This document shows positions 57,522 to 64,000 of a DNA stretch of 64,000 nt, one piece after another (position 1 is the first letter of the stretch; each line of letters begins with the position of its first letter). Both the position numbers and the translations under genes were made by a program. The notes under the pieces were generated by a model. The model searched no databases. It worked only from the letters and a program-made list of their open reading frames with translations, and was not told the origin of the DNA. Location of the stretch: the NCBI GenBank assembly GCA_039028615.1, contig JBCCHT010000008.1, positions 128,001-192,000 of the forward strand, written 5' to 3'. This DNA comes from Myxococcota bacterium. Its GTDB lineage: Bacteria; Myxococcota_A; Polyangia; Nannocystales; Nannocystaceae.

Positions 57522-58334
57522 ATGCTGACCTACGTATCCGGCTATCCCAAGAGCGGCACCACGCTGCTGCAGGCTCTGCTCTCCACCGATCCGCGTTGTG
57601 GCCCGCTGACGGGCGAGAGCACCTTCCCCATGGACGTGGCGCTTTCGTATGGCCGCCACCTCGCGGCGTGGAACGACGACTCGCGCTACCTGTTCGAGAG
57701 CAAGGACCAGATGCGCGAGTTCTTCTCGGGCATGCTGGCGAGCTACGAAGCGCAGGTCGTGGGCCGCTATCCGCCCGCGAAGGGCCTGGTCCTCAAGCAT
57801 CCCAAGATGACGGGGCTCTTTCCTCTGCTACGGCGACTGCGGCCCGACGATCGCTTCGTGGTGATCATCCGCGACCCGCGAGACGTGATGGCCTCCTATG
57901 TCCAGGCCGCGATCAAGGCGGGCGAGACCATCGACGAAGCCGCCCAGCGGACGATGGCCGAGCACCTCGCCCAGGCGTGGGCCGAGGCCTACCAACGCAT
58001 CGCCGCCTCCGATCCGCCCTTTGTGGTCGTTCGCTACGAGGATCTGGTGCAGGACTTCGACCAGGTACGAGCCGAGCTCGAGGAGGAGTTCGGAGTCGCG
58101 CTCGAGCCCGATCCGGCGGCCGTCTGGCGACGCTCGGTCTTCGACTATCTGCAGGGCAGCGACACCCCCGAACAAAACTTCGTGTCCGAAGACTGGGGCA
58201 AGCCGGTCACGCGGCGACGCATCGGGATTCACGAAGACTGCGTGCCCCCGAGCGTACGCCGGCTCCTCGAGCGCGCGTGTGGGCCCATCGCCGAGCACTT
58301 CGGCTACGCGCTCCGCCCCTCTCCCACACCGTAG
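57522..58334 (+). CDS. PAPS-dependent sulfotransferase
   Basis: GYPKSGTTLL (5'-PSB loop), LKHP, IIRDPRDVMAS (3'-PB), VRYEDLV. Confidence 0.9.
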   Translation: MLTYVSGYPKSGTTLLQALLSTDPRCGPLTGESTFPMDVALSYGRHLAAWNDDSRYLFESKDQMREFFSGMLASYEAQVVGRYPPAKGLVLKHPKMTGLFPLLRRLRPDDRFVVIIRDPRDVMASYVQAAIKAGETIDEAAQRTMAEHLAQAWAEAYQRIAASDPPFVVVRYEDLVQDFDQVRAELEEEFGVALEPDPAAVWRRSVFDYLQGSDTPEQNFVSEDWGKPVTRRRIGIHEDCVPPSVRRLLERACGPIAEHFGYALRPSPTP

Positions 58335-58337
58335 ATC

Positions 58338-59510
58338 ATGGCGAAACGAAGCAAACGAGGGCTCGTGGGGCTGTTTCCCGAGCTCGGCCCCGAGGGTTTT
58401 CGCGAGAGGCACTGGCCGACCGAAGGCCTCGTGCACCATGGCGATCCGCAGCGCGTAGCCGAGCTGGTCGACGCCCCCGAACTGCTCGACATCGAGGGCC
58501 TCATCCGCGGCCACGATGCGATCCACGCGCTCGGCGTGCGCGAAGACGACGGCGCCTTCGTGCAGACCCCCGTCTCCGGGCGCCAGGGCTACGACCTGTA
58601 TTCGCTGGGCTCATCGCTCATGCTCGACCGGGTCGAACGCCGCGCCCCCGTCATCGCGCAGTGGGTCGACGCCTTGGCCGAAGACCTCGGCATCGAGCGT
58701 CGGGGGTGCTACTGCCAGGCCCTGCTGTCGCCCCCCGGCTGCGTCGTGCCCAAGCACTTCGATGGCGTCGAGGTCGTCATCATCCAGCTCCAAGGCGAAA
58801 AGCACTGGCGCGTCGGCCCCAACGAGGACGTCCGCTTTCCCATGTGGCAGTGGTTCCCCGGTCGCCCCCTGGGTCCGCTGCGCCGGATCGGGGCCTCCTC
58901 CTACGACGACACCCCGCCGAACAAGCGCGCCCGCATGCGACCGGGCTCGGCGCTGTTCGTACCGCGGGGGCACTGGCACCAGACCGAGACCCGCCGCCAG
59001 GCTTCGCTCTCGCTGTCGTTCATCGTGCCCGCGCCCACATGGTTCGAGCTGGTGATGCCGCGGCTACGGCTGCGGCTGCTCGACGACGAGCGATGGCGTG
59101 CACCCCAGCCCTATCGCATGCACGGCCGGGGTGACGCGGAGGCCTTCGCCGAGCACGCGCAGGCCATGCTCGAGGCCCTCGGCGAGCAGATTCGTGACAT
59201 CGCGCCCCACGAGCTCGCGCCCGCGATGGACCTGCGGCTGCGCGCGAACACTCGCCTGGTCGCCCGCGCGAGCGCCCGAATCGACGTGGACGCCACGTCC
59301 GTCACCGTGCACTCGCCCGGGCTGCTGCGACCCGTGACGCTCGCCGCCTCCACCATTCCCCCACAGCTCGGCCGATGGATTGCCGCCCGAGACGGTGCGT
59401 TCGCCGTCCGCGACGCAACGGCGAGCCATCGCGACCTGCCCCGCGCCGAGGTCGTGCACGCCCTCGAAGCCCTGATGCGGCAGGGCTACCTGCAGCGGCA
59501 CCTGCCCTGA
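58338..59510 (+). CDS. JmjC/cupin-4 dioxygenase (RoxA/YcfD/NO66-like) with C-terminal winged-helix-like domain
   Basis: PKHFD..IIQLQGEKHW..PGSALFVPRGHWHQT..SLSLSF; C-term ALEALMRQGYL. Confidence 0.88.
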   Translation: MAKRSKRGLVGLFPELGPEGFRERHWPTEGLVHHGDPQRVAELVDAPELLDIEGLIRGHDAIHALGVREDDGAFVQTPVSGRQGYDLYSLGSSLMLDRVERRAPVIAQWVDALAEDLGIERRGCYCQALLSPPGCVVPKHFDGVEVVIIQLQGEKHWRVGPNEDVRFPMWQWFPGRPLGPLRRIGASSYDDTPPNKRARMRPGSALFVPRGHWHQTETRRQASLSLSFIVPAPTWFELVMPRLRLRLLDDERWRAPQPYRMHGRGDAEAFAEHAQAMLEALGEQIRDIAPHELAPAMDLRLRANTRLVARASARIDVDATSVTVHSPGLLRPVTLAASTIPPQLGRWIAARDGAFAVRDATASHRDLPRAEVVHALEALMRQGYLQRHLP

Positions 59511-59516
59511 GCCGGG

Positions 59517-60824
59517 CTACAGCAGGTGGCGCGCCTTGACCTCGAGGTAGGTCCGCACCACCTCGGGCGTGACCTGGGACGACTCGACGTCGAGCACCAT
59601 CGCGCCCGCTCGCTCGAGCTGCTGCATCAACCGTGAGCGCTCGGTGAGCAGCTCGGCCGCCGCCGCGGCATCGTACATCGCGGTCATCGAGCGCTCGGCC
59701 GGCCGCGCCATGGCCTCGAGATCGGGATCCCGCAGCAGCACACACAGCGGCAGGTGCCGCCGCCCGAGGCCCTGCACGGTACGCAGCAGCGCCTGCGCCC
59801 CGGTCTCGTCGGACACCTGGGTCACCAGCACGAGCAGACAGCGCTTGCGCAGCAGCCCGTCCATGCGCAGCAGGGCCCCCTCGTAGTCGCTCTCGGTCTC
59901 GCGAGCATGCAGGTCGAAGGTGGACCGAAGCAGCCGCCGCACCATCGACGGGCCCGCGCCCGGGGCGACGAAGCGATGCACCGCGTCGGAGAACGCGAAC
60001 AAGCCCGCATGGTCGCCGCGGCGAATGGCCACGTGCGAGAGCATCAGCGCCGCGTTGAGGGCATGGTCGAGCAGCGGCAGGCCCCCGCTGTGGGCCGTCA
60101 TGAGACGGCCACAGTCCAGGGCGAACACCACGCTCTGGTCGCGCTCGAGCTGGTACTGGCGGGCGATCAGCTTGCGTCGCCGCGCCGTGGCCCGCCAGTC
60201 GATGGAGCGGAACTCGTCGTCGCGGGTGTACTCGCGGAGGCTCTCGAACTCGCTCTCGCCGCCCCGCGACCGCGCGACCGCCGACATGCCCCACGACGGA
60301 TCCTGCTGCGCGAGCATGTCGTAGGCGCGAATCTTCTGGATGTCGGGGTAGACGCGGACCTCGTCGCGCGCGGCGATCCGCACCTGGCGAACCCACAGCC
60401 CCAGCGGAGAGCGGTGCCGGATCCAGTGGTCTCCCAGCTCGTAGGCCCCGCGGCAGCTCGGGATCACCCGGTACTGCACCGTCGCCCGCCCGTGCGGACC
60501 CAGCTGGACCTGCGCGGGTAGGCCTTCGGCCTCGGCGCCATCGAAGACATCGTCCGTGACCTGCAGCTCGAGCGCCTGCGGGGCCCGGGAGCGCAGCTCG
60601 AGCGTGACCACGTTGGGGCGCCCGATCGAGAACACGCCCGTGCCCACCGAGCGCTGCACGTCGATCCAGCGCCGCCGAGCCAGGGCCGCGTCGACCCCGA
60701 GCGCGAGTAGGAGCCCGAGATCGGCCGCCAGCATGGGCCCGATGAACGACGCGTCCGCGGCCGCGGCAATGCCGAGCACGAGCGGCACGATGGCCAACAG
60801 GACGCTGATGCGGGACGGAAGCAC
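59517..60824 (-). CDS. DUF58 (vWA-like) protein
   Basis: [45 protein letters not shown]. Confidence 0.92.
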   Translation of the reverse strand: MLPSRISVLLAIVPLVLGIAAAADASFIGPMLAADLGLLLALGVDAALARRRWIDVQRSVGTGVFSIGRPNVVTLELRSRAPQALELQVTDDVFDGAEAEGLPAQVQLGPHGRATVQYRVIPSCRGAYELGDHWIRHRSPLGLWVRQVRIAARDEVRVYPDIQKIRAYDMLAQQDPSWGMSAVARSRGGESEFESLREYTRDDEFRSIDWRATARRRKLIARQYQLERDQSVVFALDCGRLMTAHSGGLPLLDHALNAALMLSHVAIRRGDHAGLFAFSDAVHRFVAPGAGPSMVRRLLRSTFDLHARETESDYEGALLRMDGLLRKRCLLVLVTQVSDETGAQALLRTVQGLGRRHLPLCVLLRDPDLEAMARPAERSMTAMYDAAAAAELLTERSRLMQQLERAGAMVLDVESSQVTPEVVRTYLEVKARHLL

Positions 60825-60845
60825 GAGGACGATCGCTGTTGCCGG

Positions 60846-61810
<965 letters not shown>

Positions 61811-61814
<4 letters not shown>

Positions 61815-63763
61815 GAGTGGTCCTCGTTCATCAGTGCCATGAGCCCGCGGATGATTCGCCGGGCTTCTTCGTCGTCATCGACCGTGCCCTGCTCGGCGGC
61901 CGTGTGGGCCTCCACGAGCAAGCGAACGATCTCGGTCTCGTCGCGCCCGGTACGGCGCGCCAGGGCTCGGGCCATGCCTTCGAGCCCGGGACCTGCGGTA
62001 TGCGGGACGGAGGCGCGCAGCCGGTCGAGCGCCCACGTGGAGTAGGCCGCGGCCGCATGCGGCAGCGCGCCCGCCCGCCCGTAGACCCGCGCCATCGCCT
62101 TGGCGTGGCGGGTGAACGCCCGACGGCTCGGCGGCGCGGACCCGCGGGGCCGACCGAAACGCACGCCTCGCCACCAGTACAACAGCCCCATCACGAGTAG
62201 CAGCTGGAGCACGGCCGCGGTGAGGTGACTGTTGGCGATGGAATCGGTGGGGCTCGACGCCCCTTCCATGGTCCAGCTGTCGATGAAGCGCACCCGCAGG
62301 CCCGGCGCCCCCAGCAGCTCTTCGATGACCACCGCGTTGCCCGGCATCGCCAGCGACACGCTGGACAGCGCGTCGAGGTTGGGCAGCACGAGCACCTCGC
62401 CATTCCCGATCTGCCACGACATGCCGTAGATCGAGTCGCCGCGGGTGATGGTGGGGTAGCCCGCGTCGTCGCTGCGCAACACCCCGCGGTCGGGCACCCA
62501 GAGCAGCGCGAGGTCGTCCGAGTACGCGAACTGGTACCAGGCCGGAAGATTGCGGTCGGCGGGCGGGGTCGAGATGGACCAGGTGTCGATGTTCGACCAC
62601 GGCAGGGAGTGCTCGCCGCCGACCACCACGACCAGGCCACCCATGTGAACCATCTGCTCGAGGGCGTCCCATTCGGACGGCGACAGCTCGGCCCCGCTGG
62701 CGATCACCACCGCGTCGAGCGGGTGCTCGATCTGATCGAGGGGCTCGGTGGCGTACTCGGCATCGGCGCCGAGTTCCTGCAAGAACTCGATGGTGGCCCC
62801 AAAACCCGAGGGGGACTCGTCCCAGCGATACCGAAGGGCATCGCTGATCGCCCCGCAGCCGAGGCCCATGATGATGAGCGCCCAGACCAGGGCGGTGCTG
62901 CCCGCTTGCCGTAGTACCGCCTGCACTCGCGCCAGGATCGACTCGAACACCGTCTGGTCGGGGGCCTGGCCGCCGAAATAGGCCCGGTCGATCTCTCGCA
63001 AGGCCTCGCGCACGGGCCCTCGCAGCTCGGGGTGAGCCCGCAGCTCGCGGAGATAGTCGCCCGTGGTCCGCGAGCGATGCAGTCGAATCTCTCCGCGCCG
63101 ATCGAGCCGACGCAGCAGGGCGGCGTGGGCTCGCTCGATGGCGTCGAGCCACCGACCCGACGACGCGAAGTCTCGTGCCTGAGCCAAGAGCCGGTCGGCG
63201 TCGAGCACTCGCGCCTCGACGTCGTCGATCGGCTCGCGCTCGTCGTCGTCGCGCGCGGTGTCGTCGGGCTCCGGCTCGGGCTCGTCGCGACGTCGACCCA
63301 GGCTGGTGTTGCGGGCGATGGCTATGCCCAGCGCCAGCACGGCGACGCCGAGCACGATCCAGAACAGGACTTGGCCAAAGCCGCCCAGACTCGGGAGCTG
63401 GAGTCCGTCGTCCGAGCCCTTGGAACGCGAGCGACGGCGCTTCGGTTCGGGCGGACGAGCTCGCTCGTCGCGATCGCTGCGCGGGGCGACCCGGCGGGAC
63501 CCGAAGCGATGAGACTCGCCTTCGTCGACGATCACGGCGGGCTCCGCCGCACACGCCTGCTTCAGCGCGGGGCAGCGCCCGATGGCTTCCTCGGCCAAGG
63601 GGCACCACCGCCGCTCGCTATCGTTGAGCGGATACTCGGGATCCGTACAAAACGCGTAGTCGGCCACGACCCGAGCCGCTTCCTGCTCGGCCGTGGACAC
63701 GGTGGCGCCGCCCAGGTCGGTGGCGCTCAGGGAGGCCAGGAGCACGGCGTGGAGCAGGATCAC
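61811..63763 (-). CDS. DUF4129 + DUF4350 membrane protein of the MoxR cluster
   Basis: [39 protein letters not shown]; overlapping stop/start with both neighbours. Confidence 0.8.
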
Positions 63764-64000
63764 CGCGCGTCCTCCCCCTCGTCGTCGATGGCCATGAACG
63801 CCAGCTGGATGTCCCAGCCGTCGCGACGCGTCCGCGCATCGATGTAGTAGAGGAACTGCGCGGAGGCCACGAAGGGCACCGCGGCGAACAGCCCGAGCAA
63901 GGCCGCGAGCGAGCCACCATCGGCCAGAGCGCCCCAGGGTCGCTCCATCTGGAGCACGAAGTCGAACACGGCGGCGGCGGCCGACTCGACGATGAACACC
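63760..64000 (-). CDS. 3' end of a membrane protein of the MoxR cluster (truncated by window edge)
   Basis: LYYIDARTRRDGWDI motif typical of these clusters. Confidence 0.75.
   Translation of the reverse strand, partial: VFIVESAAAAVFDFVLQMERPWGALADGGSLAALLGLFAAVPFVASAQFLYYIDARTRRDGWDIQLAFMAIDDEGEDAR

Overview
GC-rich bacterial DNA typical of a myxobacterium, probably Nannocystaceae (inferred from a MYXO-CTERM protein, an AgmX/PglI-type domain, DUF2330 and many acidic Thr/Gly-linker, Cys-rich lipoproteins). About 50 CDSs. I saw no rRNA, tRNA, CRISPR array, transposase or integrase. Recognisable genes: YtcJ-like amidohydrolase, SWIM-SNF2 helicase, RsmC-like methyltransferase, orn, APH(3')-like kinase, ATP-grasp protein, sirtuin, TonB-dependent receptor, flavodoxin, siderophore-interacting protein and a MoxR/DUF58/DUF4350 cluster. 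Best candidates for undescribed systems: (1) 3388-6921, an unannotated 27-aa amphipathic peptide ORF heading a membrane operon with a sphingomyelin/IPC-synthase-like enzyme and a cyclic-nucleotide-binding domain fused to a CPBP intramembrane protease; (2) orn directly abutting an antitoxin-less AbiEii/MenT-type nucleotidyltransferase; (3) a lower-GC islet with a large stand-alone nitrilase-fold protein; (4) a JmjC-sulfotransferase-JmjC operon; (5) a PstS-like protein/histidine kinase/NarL regulator locus split by a Fur-box-bearing flavodoxin-SIP pair. Two decayed lipoprotein pseudogenes are also visible. All family calls come from motif recognition by eye; no database searches were run.
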